A stretch of 63,984 nucleotides of DNA, the filler included, from Octopus bimaculoides (taxonomy: Eukaryota), in assembly GCF_001194135.2 (NCBI RefSeq). It is 7 parts of 6 records of this genome, joined end to end, with 100 filler letters (N's around TTAATTAATTAA, not from the genome) between each part and the next. Parts side by side here need not be neighbours in the genome. Positions count along the whole stretch, not along the records: positions 24,451 to 40,426 come from NC_069001.1; 6 more parts are not named here. The stretch is one strand, 5' to 3'. Shown here in pieces: positions 24,475-39,104 of the stretch. The first letter of the stretch is position 1, and each line of letters starts with the position of its first letter. The notes beneath the pieces were generated by a model that had not been told where the DNA came from, made no database searches, and saw only the letters and a program-made list of their open reading frames with translations. The translations under genes and the position numbers were made by a program.

Positions 24475-24661
24475 TTAATGAAGTGATTTTAAATTCTCAA
24501 ACGCAGAATAATGCAAATAATATAGCCTGAACAGGATAAACTATCCCTATTTTGCAGAGAAAAGTGAAGGTGGCTTCTCTACAAAATAGGGGTAGTTTAT
24601 CCTGTTCAGGCTATATTATTGACATTATCCTGCGATTGAGAATTTAAAATCACTTCTTTAA
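24475..24661. mobile_element. Fold-back MITE (82-bp arms, 13-nt loop) bounded by TTAA; Kolobok-like termini
   Basis: 24480-24561 against 24575-24656 shows 6 mismatches; TTAA at 24475-24478 and 24658-24661. Confidence 0.75.
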
Positions 24662-25148
24662 CTCTCTAAAAGACATCTCAACGCTTCTAAAAGCAAACTT
24701 CGTTTGTTTATTTACGTTTGTCGTAATTTGTATTAATATATTAATGAATTTATAAATGTGTATAAATATATATGTGTGTGTGTATGTATGTATGCATGTA
24801 TGTAAGCAAGCATATATGTATGAATCTAGGGAGGGTACCTACATACGTATGTATGTATATACGAACAAAAAGATTCAGAACAAAAGAAATTAGAGATCTG
24901 TTTAAGCCGAGATACTATTTTCGATTTTGAATTCTATCTTGAGCATCTTTGAATTGCGCAGGATGTTGGTCAAAATTCTCTTATCATAGCCATATGCTGA
25001 ACCAAGGGTTGTAAATGAAATCAAATGTGTATGATGATGATGATGATCATTAACATCGTCATCATCTTTATCAGCATTAGTTATATCGTAGTTGTAGCTG
25101 TCACCGTCATTACATTGTGTTTCCTTATATAGTTGTGCGTTTAGAGAT

Positions 25149-25184
<36 letters not shown>

Positions 25185-27427
25185 CGTGTACGTGTGTATG
25201 GATGTATGCATGTATGAATGGATGGAAGGATGGAGGGATGTAATTGTGTATATATGTATGCATAGTCAACGCATACATACATACATACATACAACGTGTT
25301 CTTTGAAATTATCACTATATAATGACAAAAAAATAATCGCCTGTTTCTAAACGAAGTTTGATATCCTGCCAATCCTATCCTATATGTCCTACATACTGCT
25401 AGTTTGCGGCACTTGCTATCAATGTTAATAATAATAATAATAACAATAGTAGTATTAGAATCTCTAGGAATGATAAAGAAAATGTACTGAAACTTATGTA
25501 CTGATAAGATCATGATCGCTGTGTAAACAACATCCATTCATGAATTTATTTATCTATTAATTTTTTTTACATACATATTTTACCTGTGAATTTGCGTGTG
25601 TAAAGTGGGAATGCATACAATGAGCTTCTCTGCCCTAGGTGTACGGAAAACACTCGGCGGCGAGAAATGGAAAAACATTTGAAGAAAGAAAAAAAAAACA
25701 ATAAAAATAACAAAGTAGCACTTTCTGTACAATGTCCGTAAAAATTTGGAGACGTCACTGAATAGAAGATTTCTCTCCCCAAATAAAAAAAAAATAAATA
25801 AACAAAACGTCGTAATCATAAGAATGCTCAGACAAGTATGGCCTAGGGCTAAACCGCAGAAATACAAACAATTTCAGTCATGATATGCTCTAATAATCAT
25901 ATACCAGCCAGACAAACATTAAAATGCATGTACATATATATACACATATATAGACGCGTATGTGTGTACATACGTATATAATGTCTGTAGTAAAAGCATT
26001 AGTGACACCAACCATTGCAAAATCCGTAGTCGTCAACAGCAGTAGGAAGGTATCTTTTATTTCGATTCTTAATCACTGTGTTTTCACAGAGTCTTACTTT
26101 TTAACATCCTCAGACATTTTAGCTGTGTTTTATATTATCTTTCAAGTCTGCGTATGTTTCCTCCATTGGTTGTTTTTCTTTTCTTTGATTTTATTGTATT
26201 TAGTCATTGTGTTATTTGAATTTGACTCATTCGTTCAGTTAACACTGTGTCAGCAAAACACTTTGGAATAGCAAAACTGAATTAAATATTGTGCAATGAA
26301 CAATAATGTTATGTTGCAAATGTCCGCTCTTTGAGCAGACCAATGACAGATTGCATTTTGATATCTTGCCGATCTATTTCCGTCTGTCTTTTCCGTTCAT
26401 TTTTGTGTCCACGTCAGAAATTTAATGGTAAATTTGTCCAACGACTAGATATAATGGAAGAATTTTCTTTAAGCAAGTGATCAAAAAAACAGAAAAAAAT
26501 TCTAGAACAAAAATTGAATAAATAAATAAACGGTAATAATAATGCAAAATTGCGAGAAGCAAGAAAGTTAAATACAAGGAGAAGACAAAGAGCGGAAAGA
26601 AATTTAAGAAAACGAAACAGAAAAACACAAAAATAAAAATGGCGTATAATTGAAATAGAAAAGAGAGTGAGGGGTATGATAGAGATGGGTAGGTAGAATA
26701 AAAAAATGTGGGAAACAAAATTATGTAAAAAGAAAACAAAAATAGCAGAAAACATAGTTAAGAGACAGATTACGAATAACATCAACAACAAAAACCAACA
26801 CGAAAAACAATAAGAAAATAAAAATACATGTAAGAAATATAATGAAAACCATGAAGTTAGATGAAGAGAAAAGAGAGTAACATTTTCAAGAAGTAGATTA
26901 TGATAATGATGATGATGACTATGATGAGGATGATGAGTTTGAGTGTTTGATGGCTTTGACGTATTATCTTAAATAGTTGTATTTATGACGACGCAATATA
27001 ATAGAGTTTTTATAATTCAATGAAATGACTCCCGGACATTTCTGTAAAGAGAATGAAAATTTACCTTTAAGGATAGTCATCGGAGTGGTCAAGAAAATAG
27101 ACATTCCTCCTCATTCTAAATGTTCGTAAAGCATTCTCGTCCTATATTCCTCAACTTGCACAACTTCCATGTCTGTTTTCTAAAATTTGTTATAGTTTTA
27201 AGACAAGTCAACTTTGGTGATTTCCTTCTAAATAATGAGGAATAATGATCCCCTATATTATCATTGCTACAGTAGGTTTCAAGATTGTATTGTTACATAT
27301 TGCCTGTGAGATGAATTTCTCTTTGGGAGTAGATACTGTAGCAAAATTCATTCCACCTTTAATTGTTGGAGAGTGTGATACATACATACATATATACACT
27401 CACACACACACGTATATGCATGTGTGC

Positions 27428-27461
<34 letters not shown>

Positions 27462-27624
27462 AGAGAAGGGAGAGAGAGTGAGACGGAGGAGTTAATACAT
27501 GTTATTAATTCTAGCAAATAATACCTGCGTTAATTTAACGACCGAGGAAATTTCGAAGGCAACGATGAGATCTGGGCGATTAGACGTCTTTCTCATTTTG
27601 ATACAACGCCTTCATTTTCCTGTG

Positions 27625-28880
27625 GGAGGCTAGTCGACCATAGCACCTTATTGCTACAAAGGGACTTTATTTTGTCGAACTAGAAGGGATAAAAGGCAAA
27701 GTCTACCTCGGCGAAATTTGAACACAGGATCTAAAGACCTCAATGGAAAGCCGCTAAGCAGATCATTTGACATGTTAACGATTCTACCAGCGAACCATCT
27801 CATTTAGATTCATAATACTCATCCTTTCCATTTTACGCACAAAACCTGAAAATTAGTGGAAGGAGATAGTCGTTAAATGAACCTCAGCGAAATTTGAACT
27901 TAGGGCGTAAAGACGCACTGAACACTGCCAAATATTTCCCCCGGGTGCTAATAATTCTACCAGCTCACTGTCGTATCTATGATCATAACCTTAGTATCAA
28001 ATTTTGTTTCATAATCAGCATTTTTTGGGGAATGTGGTAAGTCGGTTACATCAGCTTCATGGCTCGACTGCTTCTTATTTTATCGACTCTGGTAGGATGA
28101 AAGGCAAAAATCAATCCTCAGCGGAATTTGAACTGAGAACATGAAGGCGGATGAAATGTGCTAACGATACTGCCAGCTTAGCATCTTAATCACTATAATA
28201 ATTCTAATATTAACTTCAAATTTGTCACAAGGCTAGCAAGTTTGAGGAGGTGAAAGACTATTACGTCGACCCCAGTGTCCACGTGGTACTTATTTTATCG
28301 ACTTCGAAATGATGGACAAAGCCGACCTCGGCAGAATTTGAACTCAGAATGTGTAGTCAGAAGAAATCCTGCTAAGCATTTCGCCCAGCGTGCTAAAGAT
28401 TCTGGCATCTCGCCACTTAATCAGTAACATTAATATGTATTTCTTAATTGCCGACATGAGTCTAAAGAGAGAGGGGAGAATCAGTTGGATTATGTCGATT
28501 ACATCGACCCCAGTGCTTAACTGGTACTTAATTTATCGACCCCGAAAGGATGAAAGGCAAAGACGACCTCGGCAGAATTTGAACTCAGAACGTAACAGCA
28601 GACGAAAAACCGCCGAGCATTTCACCCGGCGTGCTAACGTTTCTTATTTCTTGATTGCCCACAAGGAGCTAAACATAGAAGGGACAAACAAGGACAAACA
28701 ACGGGATTAAGTCGATTACATCGACTTCAGTGAGTAACTGGTACTTAATTTATCGACCCCGAAAGGATGAAAGGCAAAGTTGACTTCGGCGGAATTTGAA
28801 TTCAGAACGTAAGGGCAGACGAAATACCGCTAAGCATTTCACCCGGCGTGCCAACTTTTCTGCCATTTCGCCGTCCTCAG
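27625..28880 (-). mobile_element. Stack of six head-to-tail SINE family B copies
   Basis: The aatttgaa(c/t)..gctaa..cca motif recurs at about 27715, 27895, 28125, 28335, 28575 and 28795. Confidence 0.88.
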
Positions 28881-29789
28881 TAACAATAATATTAACAAAA
28901 ATAAGACGTGAAAGAAATAGAAAGAAAAAGAAAGAACGGAAATTAAACAATGGACCAAATAAGGAAGGGAAATGAATAAAGAAGAAAAAAAGGGTGAGGG
29001 AATAGATACGTGCAGATGGAAGAAGTGGTGAATAAGAAATAGTAGTATGTAATCACCTAATTTATCATTTTTAATCCCTTGTCACATGCAGTATTCAACA
29101 GTTTATCTGTTTTTCTACGACACACGTCAAAGGACGAAATATTGCATTTGGTGAAAGTGATATTATAGCCCTTGACATCAGTGTATTCTTCAACTGTATC
29201 GTGCACAATAATCTTCTAAGTTTCTAGCTTATCTCTTTGCTCGAATTTCCTGTCAGACCAATCTATTACAGCTGACACTGATAGAAGTTTTTTGCGACTA
29301 AGATATTATCAAATATGATGTAATCAGAGTTTGGTTATGTCTGAGATGCTCTTCCATCATTCATGTAAATGAGTGATCATGATTTATCAGTCCTTTCGAG
29401 CAGGCGCTCTTATGTAAATTCTACACACCCAATATTATTTACGATTGAGTACGCAGTCGTAAAGTATTTAAAATTAATACGAGTCACATACTTCTTGTTC
29501 TGCTATATTCAATAATTTAAGTCTTGTAAAAAAAAAGTAAAAACGCAGTCAGATGGAAATAACAAGTGGTTACATCATAACACTATGCCACGTGATCTTG
29601 TACATTTCACAAGCGAGTGCCCAAAACATACTGCAGTACAGTGTCTCTATCGATTTTTCAGAATCTCAAACGTACTTACAATTCTTTAACCTTCAACCAA
29701 AATCCTACATATGACATATAGATGTCTGTACTGATGTTGAATACAAGAAAATTCTGTTAGACAACTGAAGAAAAAATAGAGCTTATCAT

Positions 29790-30135
29790 TAAAGGATAAA
29801 GACCTCTCCAGCCACGATTGACCATGGGATTGCACCTGGAAACTTAATTCTCTGAGGCACAAGTCTGAGCAAGTTTATTTTATGGAAGAGCTGCAGTCGC
29901 CGATGCCTGCAAGGCTTCCTTCTCCATGCCACCGAGATTATCCAAAGGAAAGACAAATGCCAGTACAGCTTGCCGCCACTGATGACGCAACTCATTTCTA
30001 CAGCTGAGGGAACTGAAGAAACGTAAAATAAAGTGTCTTGCTCAAGAGCACAACACACAACCCGGTCCGAGAATTGAACTCACTTACTCATGATAGCAGA
30101 CCCGACGATCTAACCTCTGAGCAGTACCCCTCCAT
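29790..30135 (-). mobile_element. SINE family C
   Basis: aagtgtcttgctcaagagcacaacacacaacccggtccgagaattgaactc; 3' part matches 35740-35830. Confidence 0.75.
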
Positions 30136-30361
30136 AGCTTATTACTAAGTATGATTTAAACAGTGCATGGAACAGGAGTTGCAATTTATCTTAGCTTCCT
30201 TTTTAATGATTTAGCATCTCCTAGAACTGAGTTACATAGCGTCCTAAAATTCACCGTACGACCATCTATTATCTTCAAAATTACCACACGTGCCGCTAAT
30301 ATGTTTCCAAATAGAAATTCATCACTTCTGTGTCTACATATTCCTCTATATATACACACGC

Positions 30362-30441
<80 letters not shown>

Positions 30442-32586
30442 GTATATATATAAAACCAGAAAAGACGAAATAATGAACAAAGATCCATAAATTGCAGGTC
30501 GACTTACTCACTATAATTGCTTAACCTTCTTCAAATCCTATTTTGTTATCTAAACTAAGAAGATGACATATCAGACACCAAATTGTGATGGATGGCAGTT
30601 ACTTGAATAACTTTGATGATAAACCTGCTTGCTAAATACCGATTCCAGCTAATGAATACCAATATCATATTAGAAGTTACTTTTTTAAAAGATAAAATAC
30701 ATTTTACGTGAACCTCACCAGTCTCCTGCAATAAAATACTAAGTAAGTAAAATAACATGTCATTCTCTTGTTTGAAAAGAAATTTGGGGAGAAAAAAATG
30801 CTACAAGCTACGTATTATAGCGAATTAGTTTCTTTAAATGAAATGTCACAAATCTTAATGTTATTGATCACGTGGTCATTCAAAGCTTTTTTTTTTCTTC
30901 TTTTTTTTTTGCTAGCTGCAGCTTTGTTATAAATTGCGTTTTTCTTTATAGAAATTAAATTAGTATCGTTGATGGTTTCAATAATTACTTCTATAATAAC
31001 AGACACAACTTCTAATTTAAAATATAATAAAAAAGAAACGCGACAAAATCAATTTGTTTCGGTCATTCAATGCAAATGACATAATGCAGCTTCAGAATCA
31101 AATTACTTCTAATTCACTTACCACCTTCGGTTTGATTTATTTTGATTCCTCATATTTCTTATACATTTTCTTCCTCTTTTAATTTTTATTTTCATCATTT
31201 TTCATTTACATTTTATTTCATGTTATTAAACACCAGTAAAATGAAGTAATTTCTTTGAAACGAATGTTAAAACAGCTTTCTTGCTGCACTTATGATTGTT
31301 TTGTTATAAATGATGAAAATGAAGCCGACGACGATGAGGGTAATAACGATAATAATGATGATAATGATGATGATTTTGGTCGTAATGAAGTTGTCAATTG
31401 GATGGCATATTCCAATAATACCCAAAATATTTCATTTCAATATTTCAAATTTCGCTACCTACATTGTTGACACCAAATATTTGTTAGTTTAAATATTATC
31501 TTTTGTGAATACAAAAATATTAAAGACATATGGAGGGTAAAATTAAAAACCAGAGACAAAAAAAAAAAACACTGTATATATTTGTTTTGCTTTAGTAAAC
31601 GTTATCATGATTATTTTATTTCTGTGTCTTTGTTTCTTTCTATATCTAAAGATAAAACAAAAGTCACATGAGTGACTCCGTTTTACTCCTTGTCGCATCC
31701 AAATTCTGGCAGTAAAAGTACAGTTTATGCGAGAATGTCACCGCTCTTTTTGTGGGGTGGTTGTGGGCAGTAATGGGGCTCTTTAGAAAAGCGATTCAAA
31801 AATGGGAAAGGTGAGAGAGACAGAAACAGAGGGAATGAAAGTGAGTGTGTATGTTCCATTGAGACAGACAGACAGAGGTACGTAATTGATCAAAGCACAA
31901 AAGCATTTGACAGGTACTCTATTTTTTTCAACTCGGATGAGATGGAAAACAATATTAGTCTCGGTGGAATTTGAACCCAGAGAGACGAGTCGACTACTTT
32001 AACATTTCGATGCAAAATATGATTACATGGTCTTATATTCGATGGTAAATATACTATAGACAAATTAAAGAGAAAAATCAAATTCGTCACACGCTAGAGA
32101 TTCGAGCTCAAGAAATAGTTATATAACAATATACTTCAAGGCGATTGAGTCTCAGAATTCCCCAGTTTTGATATCAGGGTCAGACCAAATTCAGAATACC
32201 TTCAATAGATAAAGGAAATTATTTTTCTCTCACAAGAGAACTACAAAACTTCGCCTGATCAACTAGAAATAACAATAAAAATAAGTCATCTCGTACTTAT
32301 TGAAGAGAAACAGGCCTAAGGTATATGGTGGACACATAAATCCATGCACACAATCAAAGGTATTGTGCTGCATCATATTTAATCAAACCTGACCTGGCTT
32401 TTAGCAACAGGATGTCCTAACAGCCCAACTGTCCTAACGTATTATGGCAAATAAAGGCAAAAGTTATGACTCCCCTTCTAAGATGGGCTGTAAAATTTTG
32501 GTAGCAGCAACAATTTTTCTGTTAATATCGTGCTTTGTAATATCTGAAGTAAAACCTAATAAGTAAGTAGGAACAGCTTGAAATAC

Positions 32587-32655
<69 letters not shown>

Positions 32656-34399
32656 AGCGTGTATGTAGAAATATATGTGGTAGGTTTATAGACAGGTATT
32701 GTTCCATCCTGTTTTATTCGTCAAAATTTGTTTCTAGCTGACATCTACAAACCTGATGTCAATAGAAAAATCATTCCACAAATTTTAAATGCAAATAACA
32801 AATCTCAGGGATAAAAATGAAATTACAAAACACAAGTAAATATGTATAATATATGGAATCAAACCAATTTGAAATATCATTCAATTTTGTGAGGAATGAT
32901 AGTATAAATTTCAAAAAATAAACTAGGAGCAACATTCATTAGGAAAAGTTCAAAGACGGAGGCGTTTGCATGTGTCGTTTTTTGTTCTTTTTTTCTTTTT
33001 CTTATTTTTTACACGAATATTAGTATATGTGTATATGTGTGAAAATATTCAATTTGTGCCTGCCTAACTGTTTGTATGCTTTCGTGAAAGACAGTTGATG
33101 GGTAGACGTGTTTGTTTTGTCGGGCGTTATGTATTACTTTTGAGAGTTTAATAGCGAAATATCAAAGGTTGTTGACCTTTCGGAGAATGTTATTAAAAAA
33201 AAATATGTTCAACAGAGAACATACCGCAAACACGCAATCGCCTAACGGCATAAAATAGATGAGACGCGTATTAAGAGAGATTCGTATTTAAAAAAAACCA
33301 ATAGAGCGATTCGCACACATACAAATATACTCACACTTGCACAAAACATGTACACTAAAGCAGACACACACAAACCCACACACGTTTACACAACTACACA
33401 TACAAAATACTTTACAAGGACAGTATATCAATGAAAAAATTTCGATCCACACCATATGCTAATTTTGAAACGCTGAAGCGAAGACTCATGTCACGAAAGT
33501 TGTTTAAAGGTGCAAATGTTGTGAAATCAATAACATTGAAATGAGGGCAGCAATGCAGCATATGATTTAGAAACGAATTCCAAATATATTCCGAATACGA
33601 AGCATATGGATACACAACTACTTAATAATCAGGTAGAGCCACTGTGACATACACAGACTCACGACAGAGAGACATACATGAAATAAAACAGATGTGCAAT
33701 CCTTCATATTTAACGTCAGATTTTGCAGAGAGTGTTCAGCAAATTTGGGCTGAATGCCATTCGCAATAGCAACATCGCAGCTTTCATCCTTGTTTAATTA
33801 CAAATTATTCTTCTCGTGATAATCGGTTTTGAATTCATGTTCTTAGACACATTCATCTCAAAACTGATGTAACAATGCAAAGAATCGCTTTTCGACAACA
33901 TGGCCCTAACCGAAAACATCAAATTCGGAGAAACATTGGGAGATCTTTGCATTATTTCTGGTTGTATCTGCAGGATATGGAGGTAACAATTTAATGTTAG
34001 TGCGCATCTTCATCGGGTGGATATAACTAGAAGAGATGATGAGATGAGCTGGCATAAGAGAAATTCATTTACGACCAAGATGGTTCATTGAATTCTATTT
34101 TTTGTATTTTATTTTGTATTCTATTTTTCACTGGTAGTTTCTAGAGGTGCTTCGAGTTGCCAATTTTCTAACTAGAGTAATCAAGCCACGGAGGAAATTG
34201 GCTTTTTCTTACGCATAAGTTTCGTACGACAAACTATGGAAATTATCTGTCTGTAATATTGTTTACACATGCAGCCCCTTATATATTGCGTTGAAGAAAT
34301 CTTACATGAACTTATCTAGTTCACGAGAAAAGAATAGGACCCCACTTTTCGAACAGCGGGAAAATATAAATCCAAAACAGGAATCATATGAAAACCAAT

Positions 34400-34590
34400 T
34401 TATGACATATGCAGAGGAGACAGTGGTGAACCTTGGACAGCATAAATGTTTCCCTCATCTGAAACCCTCAAATACCAGACGGCATTCTACCGCATCACAA
34501 TTGTGGATGTGATTGCTTCCTGCATAACTGACGATGAATGCTACAGGTACTTACAGGATGATATAAATACTAACTTATCATGGTAAGTAT
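34400..34590 (+). mobile_element. Old R4-like RT fragment
   Basis: NLGQHKC and DDECYRYL, similar to DECYRYL at about 645-670. Confidence 0.4.
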
Positions 34591-35182
34591 TATATGAAGC
34601 ACTTCAAAACTAGACGTAATGCCTGGATAAAATATACGTTCTTCAAAGCCATTTGCTTAAAAGAAATCAATAGCTGAACATGTATCTTCTCTATTACAAA
34701 AGATTAAGATACTTGGGTTACTCGATTGAAAACTAGATACGATCCGAGCCGTTGATGTTAAAACCTTCAATCTATAGAATTCTAGCAGAAATGTCCACAT
34801 CAATAAGCATATTTACCGTTTCCATCACTCCAGAAAACATTTTCAATGCAGGTGCAACATCGATTGAATGTTGCATCATATCCATTCGACGCATTCTACC
34901 AAAAAGACAAACGGCATTAAATTGCTGCGAGTGAAAATGTATGAATATCTGAGGAATCACGATCTCTGAACAGAAACATCTCAGAAAGAATGTTGTGGGT
35001 GGCAACAAGGTATACACAAAGAAAGGCCTCCCTGCGTGTATATATATGTATATATATATAATTAAAATAGTAGGGTAAAAAAATTGGATATTAATTAATA
35101 TTAATTTAATACCAGGAAACTAGCACATTAGAAGAATCATGAGATTCAGAAAAAAAAGATTATCTGAAATCTCAAAAGGATT

Positions 35183-35442
35183 ATTGTATATGTATATATA
35201 AAAGAGACCACTAAGTGGACTGCTAATGTGCTAGAAGAAGATCACCGAATAGCTCTCAAAGAAACAATTTAGCGAAGCAAAAACTTAGGGGCGAGTCTAG
35301 TGAAAATTATTTTTATAATTTTCACTAGTCTCGCCCCTATGTTTTTGCTTTGCTAACTTTTTTCTTCGAGAGCTATTCGGTGATCTTCTTCTAGCACATT
35401 AGCAGTCCACTTTGTGGTCTCTTTCATATATACATATACAAT
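35183..35442. repeat. 260-bp near-perfect palindrome (128-bp arms, TTTT loop)
   Basis: 35183-35310 against 35315-35442 shows 8 mismatches by manual alignment. Confidence 0.95.
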
Positions 35443-35584
35443 ATATATATATATAATTATTTCTAAGTCCCTATATATAGGCACGCACACGCATGGATAT
35501 AGATACACACACACATGCACACACACGCATCCGTATGTGTGTGAATGTGTGTGTGTGCACGTGCGTTCGTATGCGTGAAAGCTC

Positions 35585-35830
35585 ATGGCTCAGTAATAAG
35601 AGCATCCGGTTCACAATCATGAGGTAGTGAGTTCGATTCCTGGACCGGGCTGTGTGTTGTGTTCTTGAGCAAGACACTTTATTTCACTTTGCTCCATTTC
35701 ACTTAACTGTGCCAAGATATATCGGATTTGCCTTCTACAAAACAACTTTGCCGGACTTGTGCCTCGGAAAATTAAGTTTCTAGGTGCAATCTCATGGTCA
35801 TTTTTGACCAAAGGGAATCTGTACCCTTTA
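35585..35830 (+). mobile_element. SINE family C with Pol III A/B boxes
   Basis: tggctcagtaat..gagttcgattcctggaccgggc..tgtgttcttgagcaagacact. Confidence 0.8.
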
Positions 35831-37344
35831 TGTACATATATACATGTAATCCGTACGGAAATAGACACATATTGCTTTTTTTTATCTCAAAAACTACAAA
35901 ATAAATAGCATCATTATAATTTTGGTATCACTAATATCGACGTTTCTTAATATCCTAGATAACCCACGCGTGATATTGAAAGGTGTTAACCTTAGGGAAA
36001 TATGTAAGATATTTTCAAGGGGAAAAGATTAGTGTCTCTGAACAATTACTTAAACCTTCAACAAATCATATGCACAGTTATAGAGGGCATTGATATCTAG
36101 TGTAAATAGTTTTCCATAAAAAATAAATCTGTTCACAATGAAAAATTCCTGAAAAAATAATGGTATCTGATCTCGTATATTTTTCATCCCTCCACGGCCC
36201 TTTAGCACGTAACATAGTTTACGTAATATGCCTTACCTACATTAAATATGAATTTCATTGAAATATTTTATCGGTTGAAGTCAATAATGGTAAAATCTCA
36301 CGGGTTGCTTTCTATGAGTTTGGCAGCAAGGTTATTATCAGGTGTTCTACTTTCGTTTCGTAATAAATTGGTTTCACAGGAACATATAATTTTTTTTTTA
36401 ATTTTTGGGCTGGAAACTCCTTGGGATTCTGGAAACGAAACATGAAAATGGGATATGTACCACAATTGTGGTTTACACATGGGAACAGATTGTTTTATAA
36501 GGTGGATATGCATGAACAGCGAACCTCGCTGTTTCGAAGCATATACGATGTGAGATTGTTATGCGTGTCTATACAGCTGCACGTGCAATAAATGATATAG
36601 GCATTATAGAAAATGTGTATACACAAATCAATTATATATATATATATATATATATATAACATATATATATATATATATAACATATATATATATAACATAT
36701 GTATTCATATATATACATGCATATATATATGTATACATATAAATTTACTTCTTGTTTCTCTAAGAACAGACATGAACTTCCTGTTGGCAAAAAGTCCAGA
36801 ACTCGAACTAAAGAGTATTAAACTCACAGAATTGTATCCTCTTACCACAATTCCAGTTTTGACACCACACTTCCTGTTTAACACAAACTTGCAGCCTTTT
36901 TTAAACACAAAGCTAATCTTAAATACATGCATCCTAGTCTTTCTAACAATTATTTACATGGATTACCATTGAACTTTAAAAGCTCAAAGACAATGTAATG
37001 TATTGGTATATTTATTGTTTTTATATATCTTGTTTTTTTTTGTTTTTTTTGTAAAAAAACAGTATTTTCATTTTCCCTCTTCTTGAAAATTTGCCATGCA
37101 ATGAAAGCCCGTTAGAAATCCTTTTTAATCTTCCTTATACACATCTATATCAAAATATGCTTTCAATTTAGCATTCTGCCTTATTATTATTATTATTATT
37201 TTTTATTTTCCTATTATTTCTCCGCGTGCCGTTAACACAACGCCACTATTTACTGACTTTTTTGTTAAAAATTAAGACATTTTTCATTCCGAACATAAAA
37301 GATTTGCAAAAAATTTACAAAACAAAAGCAACGTAACAATATTC

Positions 37345-37550
37345 TTTTCTACTCTAGGAACAAAGGCCCGATATTTTGGGGGAGGGGCATTCAATTATAG
37401 TGACCTCAGTACGCAACTGGTATTTAATTTATCGACCCCAAAATGCTAAGTCGTCGTCGGCGGAATTTGAACTCAGAACGTCAAGACGGTCGAAATACGG
37501 CTAAGTATTTCGCCCAGCTTGCTAACGTTTCTACCTCCTCGCCGCCTTCA
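37345..37550 (-). mobile_element. SINE family B
   Basis: ctggtatttaatttatcgacccc..cggaatttgaactcagaacg..ttcgcccagcttgctaacg. Confidence 0.8.
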
Positions 37551-38354
37551 GCATTACAATATTCGTTGCCAGTGTAAAACAGAACAAGTTCTAAGAACCA
37601 ACCCACGAAAAATATCTCCTGATATTTGAAATTACATCCATGCTCGCTTCCACCTTCCGACGATGAGTTTGTGCTCAAGTATTACCTCATCGTCGTAGCT
37701 CTCAATTGATTGAAGAAGTTACCAAGAAATGAATTCCTATATAATGTTTATTATAACTAACACCCTCCCTATATTAATAGCTCCAAAAGTTGTTGAATTT
37801 ATCTTTCAGAGATTTATTACAGATGTTCATTTTTGCGCAAAAGTTCAAAATAGATGAATTCTTGACGCCCATTTAGTTTATATTTATTGAGAACTTACAG
37901 GTCCCAGCTGACAAAAATAGAATATTTCCTAAGTGATGAATTTCCAATAAACAGAAATACGTTGATATAAAAGCTCCATCGGTTATGTATTAAACTGATG
38001 TCAAAACTAACTACATATATAAACTTCTTCCTCTCCCGTGTTCATTTATTTTTTGCAGTTTAGAGACGTATTTTCTATGTGAAAAAATTTATATATTAGG
38101 TTAACTGAATATGAAAATTCACGATCTGATCTTATCTACTTCCTCGTTGTCTTGGAATCCAATTAACGCTTGTTGACTAAACATCTTAATTTGGTAACGA
38201 ATAATTACTTATTATTATTTTTTTTTTTTGTCACGATTCTCCTTTATATCGGTGACGTCATAGAAAACATAGATACGATTCGAGAGACCTCCATTTACAA
38301 TAGGCGTATAAATATATATCTGAATACACAGACACAATGCATCTCTGTCTCTCT

Positions 38355-38388
<34 letters not shown>

Positions 38389-38979
38389 TCACACATATAT
38401 ATGTGTTTGCGTATACGTGTTTATGGTGTGTGTAAGTTTGTGTTGATGTATGGAAGTGCATTTATAAGTACACTCCGTAACATAAACTCAAGAGACGCAG
38501 GTCATGCGAATAACCATAATTAGAAATAGGTGGGTACTGTTCCCCAAAGTGTTGTTATTATTAACAAATATTCACATATGTGTAGTGTGAAGAATTTGAA
38601 GCTCTGATTTCCAGTCTATACAGTAAAAGAGTATACGTAGAAATGTCGACCGTTACCTGAATAAAGTGCAAAATTACATATGTTTAGCTGGCAGCAAATA
38701 TATATACACACGCATACAAATAATAACACAGATACACACACACATACCACACACACGAGCACACATATATGTATAACAATAAATGAATGGGGAAATTGGT
38801 CATGTCGCGATGGCATAATAAATGTCAGCATTACATTTAACTACTCCATATGCACACTGCTTTGTACATAATTAATTTGCCATACACATTAATATGGGAA
38901 TAAGCAACTTTAATAAATATCTAAACGTAACACTCACGACAAAATATTCTCACGCACATATATACACACAAGTTCTCCA

Positions 38980-39015
<36 letters not shown>

Positions 39016-39069
39016 CGATTTGTAGGTGTATGCCATTTTCAAAATGTTTCCATTGCTCTATGACCGTTC

Positions 39070-39104
<35 letters not shown>

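Noticed and set aside
35585-35650. tRNA gene-like A/B boxes here and in other SINE heads
   Set aside because: No complete cloverleaf; they continue into SINE bodies.
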